64,000 nucleotides of DNA from Bacillota bacterium (GTDB taxonomy: Bacteria; Bacillota; Sulfobacillia; JACIYH01). Position 1 is the stretch's first letter. Every line of letters starts with the position of its first letter. The notes below the pieces were generated by a model. That model was given only the letters and a program-made list of their open reading frames with translations. It was not told the DNA's origin and made no database searches. Location: contig JBFLXJ010000011.1 in NCBI GenBank assembly GCA_040757085.1, positions 36,086 through 100,085 of the forward strand. Reading direction: 5' to 3'. Made by a program: the position numbers and the translations under genes. Of this stretch, positions 46,654-56,110 are shown piece after piece.

Positions 46654-47796
46654 GTGCCGCAAAAACTGCGGGTGGGCATCGTCTTCGGAGGACGTTCCGG
46701 GGAACACGAAGTTTCCCTGATGTCCGCTGCTTCGGTCATCTCGGCCCTTGACCGGGAGAAGTACGAGCGCGTGCTGGTGGGGATAGACAAGGAGGGCCGA
46801 TGGCGCCTGTTGCCGCCCCTGACGGGACAGGTGAACCCGGTGATGCTGGCCGAGGCCATGGCGCGAGCACCGGTGGTGACGCTGGCCGCCGATCCCCGGG
46901 AGCCCTTCCTCTTCGGGTTACCAGGGCGGGACGCCGCAGCGGTCATGCAAAGGATGGACGTGGTGTTCCCCGTCCTCCATGGTCCCTACGGCGAGGACGG
47001 CTCCGTGCAGGGGCTCCTCGAACTGGCCGGCATCCCGTACGTGGGGGCCGGGGTGCTTGCCTCTGCCCTGGGGATGGATAAGGCGGTCATGAAGGTGGTT
47101 TTTTCCGCCCACGGTCTCCCCGTAGCCCCCTTTCGGGTGGTGTTGAGGAGTCGCTGGGAAAAGGCCCGGGATGCGGTGGCCGAGGAACTGGAGGCGGCGT
47201 TCGGTTATCCCTGCTTCGTCAAACCGGCCAACCTGGGTTCTTCGGTGGGGGTTGCCCGATGCCAGAACCGGGGGCAGCTGATGAAGGCGATGGACAATGC
47301 TGCCCGGTACGACCGCAAACTGGTGGTGGAGAAGGGTGTCCGCTGCCGGGAGCTGGAGTGCAGCGTGCTGGGCAACGACGAGCCCCTGGCGTCGGTGGTG
47401 GGTGAGATCGTTCCCGGGCGGGAGTTTTACGACTACGCCTCCAAGTACCTGGATCCCCGCACCCGGCTGGTCATCCCGGCCCCGGTGCCCGATGAGGTTT
47501 CCCGCCAGGTGCAGGATCTGGCTATCCGGGCCTTCCGGGCTATTGACTGTTCCGGGATGGCCCGGGTGGACTTCTTCTGGGACCAGGATTCGGGGGAGGT
47601 GCTGGTGAACGAGATCAACACCATCCCCGGGTTCACCGCGGTGAGCATGTACCCCAAGCTCTGGGAGGCCACCGGCCTGCGATACTCGCACTTGCTGGAT
47701 CGGCTCATCGAACTGGCCCGGGAGCGGCACCGGGAAATGAGCCGTCGCCTAACCAGCTACGTGCCCGAAGAGGATGACGGGCAGGGAGCGCCTTGA
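46654..47796 (+). CDS. ddl: D-alanine--D-alanine ligase
   Basis: N-terminal VGIVFGGRSGEHEVSLMSA, ATP-grasp motifs (GYPCFVKPANLGSSVGV; MARVDFF; NEINTIPGFT). Confidence 0.85.
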   Translation: MPQKLRVGIVFGGRSGEHEVSLMSAASVISALDREKYERVLVGIDKEGRWRLLPPLTGQVNPVMLAEAMARAPVVTLAADPREPFLFGLPGRDAAAVMQRMDVVFPVLHGPYGEDGSVQGLLELAGIPYVGAGVLASALGMDKAVMKVVFSAHGLPVAPFRVVLRSRWEKARDAVAEELEAAFGYPCFVKPANLGSSVGVARCQNRGQLMKAMDNAARYDRKLVVEKGVRCRELECSVLGNDEPLASVVGEIVPGREFYDYASKYLDPRTRLVIPAPVPDEVSRQVQDLAIRAFRAIDCSGMARVDFFWDQDSGEVLVNEINTIPGFTAVSMYPKLWEATGLRYSHLLDRLIELARERHREMSRRLTSYVPEEDDGQGAP

Positions 47797-47810
47797 CGGA
47801 GGCGAGGTCC

Positions 47811-48155
47811 ATGGAGGAATGCCCATTCTGTCGGATCGTGAAAGGGGACCTGCCCTCCCAGAAGGTCTACGAAGGGGAGAGGGTAGTGGCCTTCCGGGAC
47901 ATCCGTCCCCAGGCGCCCGTGCACGTGCTGGTGATTCCCCGCCGGCACGTGGGGTCGCTCCTGGAACTGGGGGATGCTGACGGGGATCTGGCCGGCGAAC
48001 TGCTGCTGACGGCGGTGCGGGTAGCTCGCCAGGAGGGAGTGGACCGCGACGGTTTTCGCCTGGTGGTGAACACGGGATGGCGCTCGGGGCAGACCGTGGG
48101 CCACCTGCACATCCATGTGCTGGGGGGTCGCATCTTCCGCTGGCCTCCCGGCTGA
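47811..48155 (+). CDS. HIT family (histidine triad) protein
   Basis: CPFCRI...APVHVLVIPRRHV...GQTVGHLHIHVLGG histidine triad. Confidence 0.8.
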   Translation: MEECPFCRIVKGDLPSQKVYEGERVVAFRDIRPQAPVHVLVIPRRHVGSLLELGDADGDLAGELLLTAVRVARQEGVDRDGFRLVVNTGWRSGQTVGHLHIHVLGGRIFRWPPG

Positions 48156-48218
48156 CGGTTGCCCGGCTTACCCGTGCGGTGGCTTCCCGGCTGAGGTCCC
48201 CGCACGGCCCTTCGCCGA

Positions 48219-48247
48219 TTGACAGGCCCCTGCTGGTGCCATACAAT
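48219..48247 (+). promoter_or_regulatory. sigma-A type promoter for rpsU (TTGACA-17 nt-TACAAT)
   Basis: TTGACA 48219-48224, TACAAT 48242-48247. Confidence 0.6.
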
Positions 48248-48303
48248 GGCGGTGTTGGCGCGGGTGGCGTTTGCTCCCCGCGGAGATTCGTCGGGGAGGA
48301 GGG

Positions 48304-48486
48304 ATGCAGGTGACCGAAGTACGCGTCGGGAAGGACGAATCCCTCGACAACGCCTTGCGCCGCTTCAAACGGGAATGTCAGAAGACGGGAATCCTGGCGG
48401 AAATCCGGCGACGTGAGCACTACGAAAAGCCCAGTGTCAGGCGCAAGAAGAAGTCCAAGGCGGCCCAGCGCAGAAAGCACCGTTGA
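48304..48486 (+). CDS. rpsU: 30S ribosomal protein S21
   Basis: [45 protein letters not shown]; GGGGAGGAGGG RBS before ATG 48304. Confidence 0.85.
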   Translation: MQVTEVRVGKDESLDNALRRFKRECQKTGILAEIRRREHYEKPSVRRKKKSKAAQRRKHR

Positions 48487-48553
48487 GCAGGCCCGAGCAC
48501 CGTGGAGAAAGACCCAGGCGACCAGTCCCCAGCGGGACTGGTCGATAATTTTG

Positions 48554-50332
48554 GTGGGACCATTACGCGCCGGGGGCGGGAGTGGGCAGGTGGTGGTAGG
48601 CGAGGTGGCAAGGGTCTGGGTGGAAGACGGAAAGGTGCGAGTTGAGCACCCGGAGGGAGGACCGTACCCGGTGGTCCTGCCCGGTCCGGGTATGCTGCTG
48701 TACGTCAACGGACAGCTTCAAGCGGGGCCGGTCGAGGTGAAGGCGACAGACCAGGTGGAGGTGCGGTTGCGCGATGAGGAAAGGGCCGGTGCCTGGCGCC
48801 TGGAGATTACCCCCGATGGGATGGAGGCGGCCGTGATCGTATCCATGGCTGTCACCGTTCGGCGCAGGCTCCGGGACCTTCCACCTTCCCCGCGGTTGCA
48901 ACTTCAGGTGGAAGAGGAGATCAGGACCCGGTCGCCCCTCGAACCCGGGGAATTACGGACGGCCCTGGCCCGGGCGGGGGTGGTGTACGGGATTGACGAG
49001 CAGGCTGTGGACCGGGTGGGAGACCTTACCCGTGATACCAGACTGGTGGTGGCCCGAGGCAAACCCCTTGTGCCTCCACAGGACGCGCGGGTCGAGCACT
49101 TCTTCTCTCCGGAGGAGAGGTTGCCCGTTTCCTACGGGGAAGCGGCTGCTGACCTGCGCCTGCGTTTCACCTTCACCTCCGTAGCACCCGGCGAGTTGCT
49201 GGCCCGCCGGCACCCACCGATACCGGGCGAGCCGGGGACCACGGTACGGGGCGAAGCCGTGCCCGTGAAGGCACCCCGAGACCTGGTGCTGGTGGCCGGA
49301 CGGGGGGCGGAACTCAGCCAGGACGGGCAGGAGGTGCGGGCCACCTCCTGCGGTCGTCCCATGTCGGTGCGAAAAGGGGACCGGGTGCAGGTATACGTGG
49401 TGTCGGAACTGGTACATCCCCGCGACGTGGACCTTTCCACCGGACACGTGCACTTCAAAGGGGACGTTAAGGTGGGGGGCAGCGTGCTGGAGGGCATGGA
49501 GATAATGGCCCTGGGCACGGTGGAGATCGGGGGAAGCGCCGTGGGGGCCAGGGTTGTGGGCGGGGGCGGGGTCAAGGTAGGCCGGGGTGTGATTTCCAGC
49601 ACGGTCGTGGCCGGGCAGCGCCCGGGATGGCTATCTGCCGTCCTCCCCCTTCTGACCGGGGTAGTGAAGGACCTGGGGGACCTGGGAGCAGCCCTGTCCC
49701 AACTGTGGGAGGCCGGCGAAGTGCTGCCGGGACCCGCCCTGCGCCTGCTGCTGGAGAGCAGTCGGTTCGGGCAACTCGGGAGCCGGGTGGGGCAGTTGAC
49801 GTCCCAGTACATGAGCGTTCCTATCCGGGAACGCGACGAGGATCTGGCGGCAGCGCTGAAGAGGCTGCAACGGCTCCTCTCTGCCCCCATGGGATTGCGG
49901 GATCCCCAGGAACTGTTTGGTCTCTTGCGTGCCCTGCAGGAAAGGGGTATGGAACTGGAAGGGATGAACCAGGAGACTGCTCCCCTCAGGTGTGGATACG
50001 CCATGAACTCGACCCTGCAGGCCACCGGGGATATCCTGGTGGCTGGCGACGGCTGCCATAGTACCCGCCTGGTTGCCGGCGGTTCCGTGCGGGTGGAGAA
50101 AGTGTTTCGAGGGGGCGAAATCCAGGCCGGACGTGAGGTGTGGGTGGGGGAACTGGGTGCCCCCGGCATCCCCACCCGGGTCCGGGTGCCGCATTCCGGG
50201 CAGGTGAAGCTGCGCCGGGTGGCCGAAGACAGCGTGGTGCAGGTGGGGGACCGCGTTTACCAATTCCTCAAGGAAGAACAAAAGGTGGGCCTGCGCCTCA
50301 ACTCCGAGTCCCAGCTGGAATTCTTCTGGTAG
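48554..50332 (+). CDS. DUF342 (FapA-like) domain protein
   Basis: C-terminal glycine-rich beta-helix repeats (VKVGGSVLEGMEIMALGTVEIGGSAVGARVVGGGGVKVGRGVISSTVVAG); start uncertain (TTG/GTG ~48551-48554; six-frame ORF from 48413 overlaps rpsU). Confidence 0.6.
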   Translation: MGPLRAGGGSGQVVVGEVARVWVEDGKVRVEHPEGGPYPVVLPGPGMLLYVNGQLQAGPVEVKATDQVEVRLRDEERAGAWRLEITPDGMEAAVIVSMAVTVRRRLRDLPPSPRLQLQVEEEIRTRSPLEPGELRTALARAGVVYGIDEQAVDRVGDLTRDTRLVVARGKPLVPPQDARVEHFFSPEERLPVSYGEAAADLRLRFTFTSVAPGELLARRHPPIPGEPGTTVRGEAVPVKAPRDLVLVAGRGAELSQDGQEVRATSCGRPMSVRKGDRVQVYVVSELVHPRDVDLSTGHVHFKGDVKVGGSVLEGMEIMALGTVEIGGSAVGARVVGGGGVKVGRGVISSTVVAGQRPGWLSAVLPLLTGVVKDLGDLGAALSQLWEAGEVLPGPALRLLLESSRFGQLGSRVGQLTSQYMSVPIRERDEDLAAALKRLQRLLSAPMGLRDPQELFGLLRALQERGMELEGMNQETAPLRCGYAMNSTLQATGDILVAGDGCHSTRLVAGGSVRVEKVFRGGEIQAGREVWVGELGAPGIPTRVRVPHSGQVKLRRVAEDSVVQVGDRVYQFLKEEQKVGLRLNSESQLEFFW

Positions 50333-50438
50333 TGGCCGGGCCCTAACTTCGTACGGGGTGGACATAAGGCGACGCGTCGCGGGGTGCTTGGGCGTGGGGT
50401 ACGAGCAGGCGAGCATAGACTAGAGGCGGGGAGACTGT

Positions 50439-50717
50439 TTGCCGCAACGACAGCGCGGGCGCCTCTCAGAACGCGTCGCCGGCGTGCTGGAGTTGCCGCG
50501 GGAAGTGGTGCTCCACGTGCCCCGGTTGGTGATCGTGGGGAACCTACACCTTACCATTGAGAATCACCGGGGCGTGGTGGAGTTCGGCCCCGAGAGGCTG
50601 GTGGTGGGGGTAGGCGAGGGTCAGGTCGCGGTCGAAGGCGAGGACCTCACCATCGTCCGCATCGGGCGCGAAGACATGGCGGTGACCGGACGTATCAGGT
50701 GCCTGCGCTTCTCCTGA
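50439..50717 (+). CDS. yqfC: sporulation protein YqfC
   Basis: 92 aa; YqfC-family pattern (LPREVVLHVPRLVIVGNLHLTIENHRGVVEF...) and conserved position before yqfD/phoH. Confidence 0.7.
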   Translation: MPQRQRGRLSERVAGVLELPREVVLHVPRLVIVGNLHLTIENHRGVVEFGPERLVVGVGEGQVAVEGEDLTIVRIGREDMAVTGRIRCLRFS

Positions 50718-50733
50718 CAGGCGAGGCCGCAGC

Positions 50734-51915
50734 ATGAGGCTGGTGCTTTTGTGGCTGGGGGGCTTTCTGCGCGTCACCATCCGGGGGGCCGCGCCGGAGC
50801 GATTCGTCAACCTGGCAGCCCGCCGGGGGATTCCTCTCTGGCAACTGCGTGACCGGGGAGACTGCATGTCGGCCGTCATGGCTGCTTCCCATTTCGGGCT
50901 CACCCGGCCCCTGGCCCGGCGGTCCCGCTGTCGCCTGCACGTGGAGGCCAGGGTGGGCCTACCCTTTCTCTGGCGTAAGGTTGGCCGTCGACCGGGGCTG
51001 GTGGCTGGCGCCGCCTGTGCACTGGCCTTGCTGGCGGTATGCAACGCCCTGGTCCTGTTCGTGGAGGTGAGCGGGGCTTCTGCCGGACACCGGGAGGAGA
51101 TTCTGGCCCTGGTGCACCAACTGGGGTTGCGTCCCGCTACCCTCCGTTTCACGCTGAATGGCCCCGCGCTGGAGGAGCAGGTAGCCGGCCGCCTCCCCTA
51201 CGTGTCCTGGGCCCGGCTTACGTTTCAGGGAACCCTGGCCCGTCTGGAGGTGGGGGAGCGGGAGTTGCCGCCTCCTCCGTCGCCGCCCGCAGGGCCTGCC
51301 GACGTGGTGGCGGCAAAGAGCGGTGAACTGGTGTACTTTCTTCCCCTCATGGGCGTACCCCAGGTGCAGATCGGGCAAAAGGTAGTGGCCGGGCAGGTGC
51401 TCATATCAGGGGTGATTCCGGGGAGAAAGGTAAACGAAAAGGAGGTGGGGCCTCCCCGGTTGGTGGCGGCCAGAGGCGTCTGCCTGGCTCGGGTCGCTTA
51501 TCAGGCCATGGTGTGGGTGCCCTGCCGCGAGGTGGTGAACCGGCCCACGGGGCGGACGTGGCAGGGGTGGGTTGTCTTCGTAGCAGGAAAGGAGATAGTA
51601 TGGAGAGGGAAGGTCCCCTTTGACCTGTACGAGATGTCGCGCACGCGGGCGGCTTGCTGGGGGAGGAATGGAAAGCCGATCGTCGAAGTCTTAAGAACAA
51701 CCTATCACGAAATGGAGCCGGTGACCTTCGTGCGCACGGCAGAGGAAGCTGTCCGGGTGGCACGGGAGCGTGCTCTCGGGCAGGTGCTGGCGGAGGTGCC
51801 GCCCGCCGCAGAGAGGGAATTGATCGAGGCAGAAGTGGAGGTACGAGATGAGGGAGCCACCGCTCGGGTGACTGTGGTGGCCATCGAGGATATCGGCCGG
51901 GTGGTGCCCCGTTAG
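50734..51915 (+). CDS. yqfD: sporulation protein YqfD (stage IV sporulation family)
   Basis: ~390 aa membrane protein, synteny yqfC-yqfD-phoH. Confidence 0.7.
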   Translation: MRLVLLWLGGFLRVTIRGAAPERFVNLAARRGIPLWQLRDRGDCMSAVMAASHFGLTRPLARRSRCRLHVEARVGLPFLWRKVGRRPGLVAGAACALALLAVCNALVLFVEVSGASAGHREEILALVHQLGLRPATLRFTLNGPALEEQVAGRLPYVSWARLTFQGTLARLEVGERELPPPPSPPAGPADVVAAKSGELVYFLPLMGVPQVQIGQKVVAGQVLISGVIPGRKVNEKEVGPPRLVAARGVCLARVAYQAMVWVPCREVVNRPTGRTWQGWVVFVAGKEIVWRGKVPFDLYEMSRTRAACWGRNGKPIVEVLRTTYHEMEPVTFVRTAEEAVRVARERALGQVLAEVPPAAERELIEAEVEVRDEGATARVTVVAIEDIGRVVPR

Positions 51916-51941
51916 GCTTTCGGGGAGGGATATGACCGGTA

Positions 51942-52916
51942 TTGGACACGACCAGAGTCGCCAGTGAACGCCTGCGCCTCAACGACGCCCAGGACGCGCT
52001 GTACCTTTTTGGGCACAACGATGCCCACCTGCGGGCAATAGAGCAGCAGTTTGACGTAAAATTGCAGAGCCGGGGAAGCGAGGTGGTGGTGACCGGCTCT
52101 GATGAAGAAGTGGCACGGGTGTCCCGGCTGCTGCACAGCCTCTTACCCCTGGCGCGGGAGGGGACCCTGGACAGTCACGACGTGGCATACGCCATCCGGC
52201 TGGCCCGGGAGGGGAACGAAGAAGCCCTCGCCGCCCTGCGGGGGGACACGGTGATCGTAACTTACCGGGGCAAGGCGATTCGCCCCAAGTCGGCGGGCCA
52301 GAAGAAGTACGTGGAGGCCATCCGCAATCACGGTATCACCTTCGGGATCGGCCCGGCGGGAACGGGGAAGACTTACCTGGCCGTCGCGGTGGCCGTGGCA
52401 GCGTACAAGGCCAAGGGATGCAACCGCATCGTACTCACCCGTCCGGCGGTGGAAGCGGGCGAGAAACTGGGGTTCCTGCCTGGTGGCCTGGAAGAGAAGG
52501 TCAACCCGTATCTGCGGCCCCTGTACGACGCCCTGTTCGATATCCTGGGGGTGGAGGCATTCGAGCGCCTGCTGGGGCGGAATCTGATCGAGGTGGCACC
52601 CCTGGCGTATATGCGCGGCCGTACCCTGGATGACTCTTTCATCATCCTGGACGAGGCGCAGAACACCACCCCCGAACAGATGAAGATGTTCCTCACCAGG
52701 CTGGGACTGGGTTCGCGGGCGGTGATCACGGGCGACATCACGCAGGTCGACCTGCCCCGGGGACAGGTGTCGGGCCTGGAAGAGGCCCGCCGCGTGCTGG
52801 CGGATGTCGAAGGCATCGCCTTCGTCTACCTGACCGAAGAGGACGTGGTCAGGCACGAACTGGTCACCAGGATAATCAAGGCCTACGAGCGCTGGGACAG
52901 GGAAAAAGGAGGTTAG
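51942..52916 (+). CDS. phoH: PhoH-like ATPase
   Basis: Walker A GPAGTGKTYLAV, Walker B SFIILDEAQNTTP, PhoH C-terminal region. Confidence 0.85.
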   Translation: MDTTRVASERLRLNDAQDALYLFGHNDAHLRAIEQQFDVKLQSRGSEVVVTGSDEEVARVSRLLHSLLPLAREGTLDSHDVAYAIRLAREGNEEALAALRGDTVIVTYRGKAIRPKSAGQKKYVEAIRNHGITFGIGPAGTGKTYLAVAVAVAAYKAKGCNRIVLTRPAVEAGEKLGFLPGGLEEKVNPYLRPLYDALFDILGVEAFERLLGRNLIEVAPLAYMRGRTLDDSFIILDEAQNTTPEQMKMFLTRLGLGSRAVITGDITQVDLPRGQVSGLEEARRVLADVEGIAFVYLTEEDVVRHELVTRIIKAYERWDREKGG

Positions 52917-52919
52917 GGC

Positions 52920-55091
52920 TTGACCACCTCCCGCTGGCGGCAAGTGTCGGGGATTTCCTGGCGCAGAGCAGGCTGGGGCTTGCTCTTCCTCATACTGTGG
53001 TCGACGGTGTTTTACGCGGATCTGGCTCCTCGTCCCCTCAACCTGCTGGAGGGGCAACTGGCCCCTGAAACCATACGGGCGCCCCGCCAGGTGGTTGATC
53101 GGGTTCGGACGGAACAGTTGCGGGAGGAGGCCGCTGCCGCCGTCCCGGACGTGTTTGACCTGGATCCCCGGGCCACGGCGGAGGCGGAGCGTGCCGTCGC
53201 CGATGCCTTTGCCCGGTTGAGGGAAGTGGCCGCCCAGGCCGGGAAACCCGATGAGAAGGCGCGCCTGCTGGCAGGGGAACTGGGCATCACCGATCAAGAC
53301 GCCATCCTGGCCGCCCTGCGTGCCGATCCTGGCCAGCTGGAAACGCTGGAGGCGTGGGCGCGGGACACCCTGGTGGCTGTCATGCAGGTGGGGGTGCGAG
53401 AAGAAAACCTGGACGCCACCCGCCAGCAGATAAGGCAGCGCGTGGAGGTGCTGCGGCAGCCCCGGGACCTGAAGAATTTTGCCGCCGAGGTGGCGGCAGC
53501 CAGGGTGCGCCCAAACCTGGTCTTCAACGCCAGGGATACGGAGGCCCGGCGCCAGCACGCCCGGGAGCAGGTGCGGCCCGTATACGTCCAGCGCGGTGAC
53601 GTAATCCTCCGCAAGGGAGAGCTGGTCACCGCGGCCCATCTGGTCCTGCTGCGGGACCTGGGCTTGATGCAGGGTGGGGGCAACTGGCTGCTGGGCGCCG
53701 GTGCAGTGGTGCTGGCGCTGTTGCTGGGAGGAGCGCTCGTCGTTTACCTGCGCGTATTTGCCCCGGCGGTGTGGAATTCCGAGCACCTCCTGGTCCTGGT
53801 GGGACTGGTCACCTCTGTGGCCCTGGTGCTGGGTCACCTGGTGCGGGGAGTGTCCGGGCACCTGACCCCTGTCGCTACCGCATCCCTGCTCCTGGCCGTG
53901 CTGGTGCGGTCCGAAGTGGCGGTGGTGGCCTCTCCCGTGCTGGCCGTGGGCGTGGCTGCTATGAACGGGCTGCACGCGGAGTTTGCGGTGACCAACCTCT
54001 TCGGTGCCCTGGCGGGGGCCTACGCCGTGGGGCGGATCACCCAGCGCACCGACTTCCTGCGGGCAGGCTTCCTGGCGGGGATGGGGCAGTTGGGGGCGGC
54101 GGTGGCGCTCAGCCTGGTGGGCGGGCTGGCGCAGGACAGCCTGGCTCTGTGGCAGGTGTACCTCTTCTCGTTCCTGAGCGGACCCACCTCGGGCGTGCTG
54201 GGGGTGGGCCTGCTGCCGTTCCTGGAGAGCGCCTTCGGGGTGGTCACCCCCATCAAGTTGCTGGAACTCTCCAATCCCAACCATCCCCTGCTGCGACGGC
54301 TCCTGGTGGAAGCACCGGGCACGTACCACCACTCCATCCTGGTGGCCAACCTGGCCGATGCCGGGGCGGAGGCCATCGGGGCCGACGGTCTGCTTGCCCG
54401 GGTGGGAGCGTATTACCACGACATAGGCAAGATCAGGCGTCCCTACTTCTTCATTGAGAATCAGATGGGCCAGGAGAACCCCCACGACAAAATGTCGCCG
54501 GCCCTATCCGCGGTGGTGATCACCGCTCACGTGAAAGACGGGCTGGAACTGGCCCGCGAGTACCGGTTGCCTCCCAGCGTGACCGCTTTCATCGCGGAGC
54601 ACCACGGTGATTCCCTGGTCTCCTACTTTTACAGCCGTGCAGCGGAGAACGGCGGTCCGGTAGAGGAGCAGGGCTTCCGCCACCACGGGCCCCGTCCTCA
54701 ATCGCGGGAGACGGCCATCGTCATGCTGGCCGACGCCGTGGAGGCCGCAGTGCGGGCCCTTCCCGATCCCACCCCGGCGGCTATCGAGGGGGTAGTGCGG
54801 AAGATCATCAGGGACCGCCTGCAGGATCGCCAGCTCGACCAGGCTCCCATCACCCTGCGGGACCTGGACCGGGTGGCGGCGGCGTTCGTGCGCGTCCTGA
54901 GCGGGATATACCACCCCCGCATTGAGTACCCGGAGGGGAAGGGTGAAGGCGATGAAACCAAGGGTGGCAGTGACCCGCGATCCGGGGGTCAGGGTTCCCC
55001 CGGGGACCGTGGGGTTGGTACGGCAAGCGGTGAAGATGACGCTGGAGAAAGCCGACAAGTCGGGGACGGTGAGCGTGGCCCTGGTGGGTGA
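52920..55091 (+). CDS. pgpH: 7TM receptor with intracellular HD hydrolase (PgpH/YqfF family c-di-AMP phosphodiesterase-type)
   Basis: N-terminal extracellular region, 7 TM helices, HD domain (HHSILVANLA...YHDIGK); TTG start after AAGGAGG; Gly/Asp-rich low-complexity C-tail. Confidence 0.8.
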   Translation: MTTSRWRQVSGISWRRAGWGLLFLILWSTVFYADLAPRPLNLLEGQLAPETIRAPRQVVDRVRTEQLREEAAAAVPDVFDLDPRATAEAERAVADAFARLREVAAQAGKPDEKARLLAGELGITDQDAILAALRADPGQLETLEAWARDTLVAVMQVGVREENLDATRQQIRQRVEVLRQPRDLKNFAAEVAAARVRPNLVFNARDTEARRQHAREQVRPVYVQRGDVILRKGELVTAAHLVLLRDLGLMQGGGNWLLGAGAVVLALLLGGALVVYLRVFAPAVWNSEHLLVLVGLVTSVALVLGHLVRGVSGHLTPVATASLLLAVLVRSEVAVVASPVLAVGVAAMNGLHAEFAVTNLFGALAGAYAVGRITQRTDFLRAGFLAGMGQLGAAVALSLVGGLAQDSLALWQVYLFSFLSGPTSGVLGVGLLPFLESAFGVVTPIKLLELSNPNHPLLRRLLVEAPGTYHHSILVANLADAGAEAIGADGLLARVGAYYHDIGKIRRPYFFIENQMGQENPHDKMSPALSAVVITAHVKDGLELAREYRLPPSVTAFIAEHHGDSLVSYFYSRAAENGGPVEEQGFRHHGPRPQSRETAIVMLADAVEAAVRALPDPTPAAIEGVVRKIIRDRLQDRQLDQAPITLRDLDRVAAAFVRVLSGIYHPRIEYPEGKGEGDETKGGSDPRSGGQGSPGDRGVGTASGEDDAGESRQVGDGERGPGG

Positions 55092-55404
55092 TGAGCAGAT
55101 ACGGGAACTCAACCGCCGTTTTCTGGACCGGGACCGGCCCACCGACGTGCTGGCCTTTCCCCTGGGCACCGGTGAGCCGGGGGCCTGGGGTGAGGTGGTG
55201 GTGTCAGTGGATACCGCCCGCCGCCAGGCAGCGGAAAGGAATGGCGGCCTCCAGGAAGAATTGCTGCTTCTGGCTGTTCATGGCACCCTCCACCTGCTGG
55301 GGCAGGACGATGACACCCCCGCGGGGTGGCAGCAGATGATGGAAGATGCCCGGGAGATAGTGGCGGCCTGCCTGCGTGAGAGAGGGGCCGGATCACCCGG
55401 CTAG
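54952..55404 (+). CDS. ybeY: rRNA maturation RNase YbeY
   Basis: PTDVLAFP, HGTLHLLGQDD zinc motif; start at ATG 54952 (overlaps pgpH tail by ~140 nt) inferred from family length. Confidence 0.8.
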   Translation: MKPRVAVTRDPGVRVPPGTVGLVRQAVKMTLEKADKSGTVSVALVGDEQIRELNRRFLDRDRPTDVLAFPLGTGEPGAWGEVVVSVDTARRQAAERNGGLQEELLLLAVHGTLHLLGQDDDTPAGWQQMMEDAREIVAACLRERGAGSPG

Positions 55405-55504
55405 CGAGCCCAAGGGCTTCGCAGGGTACCCCAAAGTTGGGGCGTTGCCCCCCGGACCTGGGACGCGGCCAGGGGACGGGGGTGGCCTGAGCCGGGAGGC
55501 GGTG

Positions 55505-56104
55505 ATGACGTTGGGAGGGAGATTTCGTAACCTGTTCCTGAGCGGGCTGGCGGTACTGGTTCCGGTGGTCCTCACCGTGTTTGCCCTCAAATGGCTGTTC
55601 AAGGTGGGGGATGGCGTCCTGCGTCCGCTGGTGGTGGGGCTGCTGGGCAGGTATGTGCCCGGGTTGGGCATCGTTTCCGGAGTCCTGTTCGTCCTGCTGG
55701 TGGGGTGGCTGGCGCGGGCGTATGTGGGCCGGTGGATATTCCGCGCGGTGGAGACGGCCTTCCTGCGCGTGCCCGTTGCCCGGGAGGTCTACAGTACGGT
55801 GAAGGCGGTGGTTGACGCGTTCTCCGGCCAGCACATGGCCCTGGGCCGGGTGGCCATGGTGGAGTACCCCCGTCCTGGCCTGTACTCAGTGGGGTTTGTC
55901 ACGGGAGCAGGGCTCCGGGAAGCCTCTTCTCGCCTGGGAGAAGAGACCGTTTGTGTGTTCATCCCCACCACGCCCAATCCTACTTCCGGGTGGATGGTAG
56001 TGGTTCCCCGCTCCCAGGTGGTCTTCCTCGATCTAACCCCGCAGGAGGGGATGCGACTGGTGATATCGGCCGGGGCTGCGGAGTTGCGTCCGCGGAGGGA
56101 GTGA
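55505..56104 (+). CDS. DUF502 family membrane protein
   Basis: ~200 aa, N-terminal TM helices (LFLSGLAVLVPVVLTVFALKWLF), DUF502-like layout. Confidence 0.6.
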   Translation: MTLGGRFRNLFLSGLAVLVPVVLTVFALKWLFKVGDGVLRPLVVGLLGRYVPGLGIVSGVLFVLLVGWLARAYVGRWIFRAVETAFLRVPVAREVYSTVKAVVDAFSGQHMALGRVAMVEYPRPGLYSVGFVTGAGLREASSRLGEETVCVFIPTTPNPTSGWMVVVPRSQVVFLDLTPQEGMRLVISAGAAELRPRRE

Positions 56105-56110
56105 AATGAC

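Noticed and set aside
50395-50438. Possible sigma-E type promoter (CATAGACT -10-like element) upstream of yqfC
   Set aside because: Only a partial -10 match was found and no convincing -35 (ATATT-like) element at the right spacing. It is mentioned only because yqfC/yqfD are mother-cell genes in Bacillus.
52143-54485. 780-aa antisense ORF, with similar long antisense ORFs at 14267-15646, 16653-17846, 3208-4605, 1493-2374, 56827-58320, 25887-27083 and 35976-37460
   Set aside because: They lie opposite well-supported genes with clear family motifs. High GC (~70%) depletes stop codons on the antisense strand. Their products are Pro/Arg/Gly-rich low-complexity sequences with no recognisable domains.
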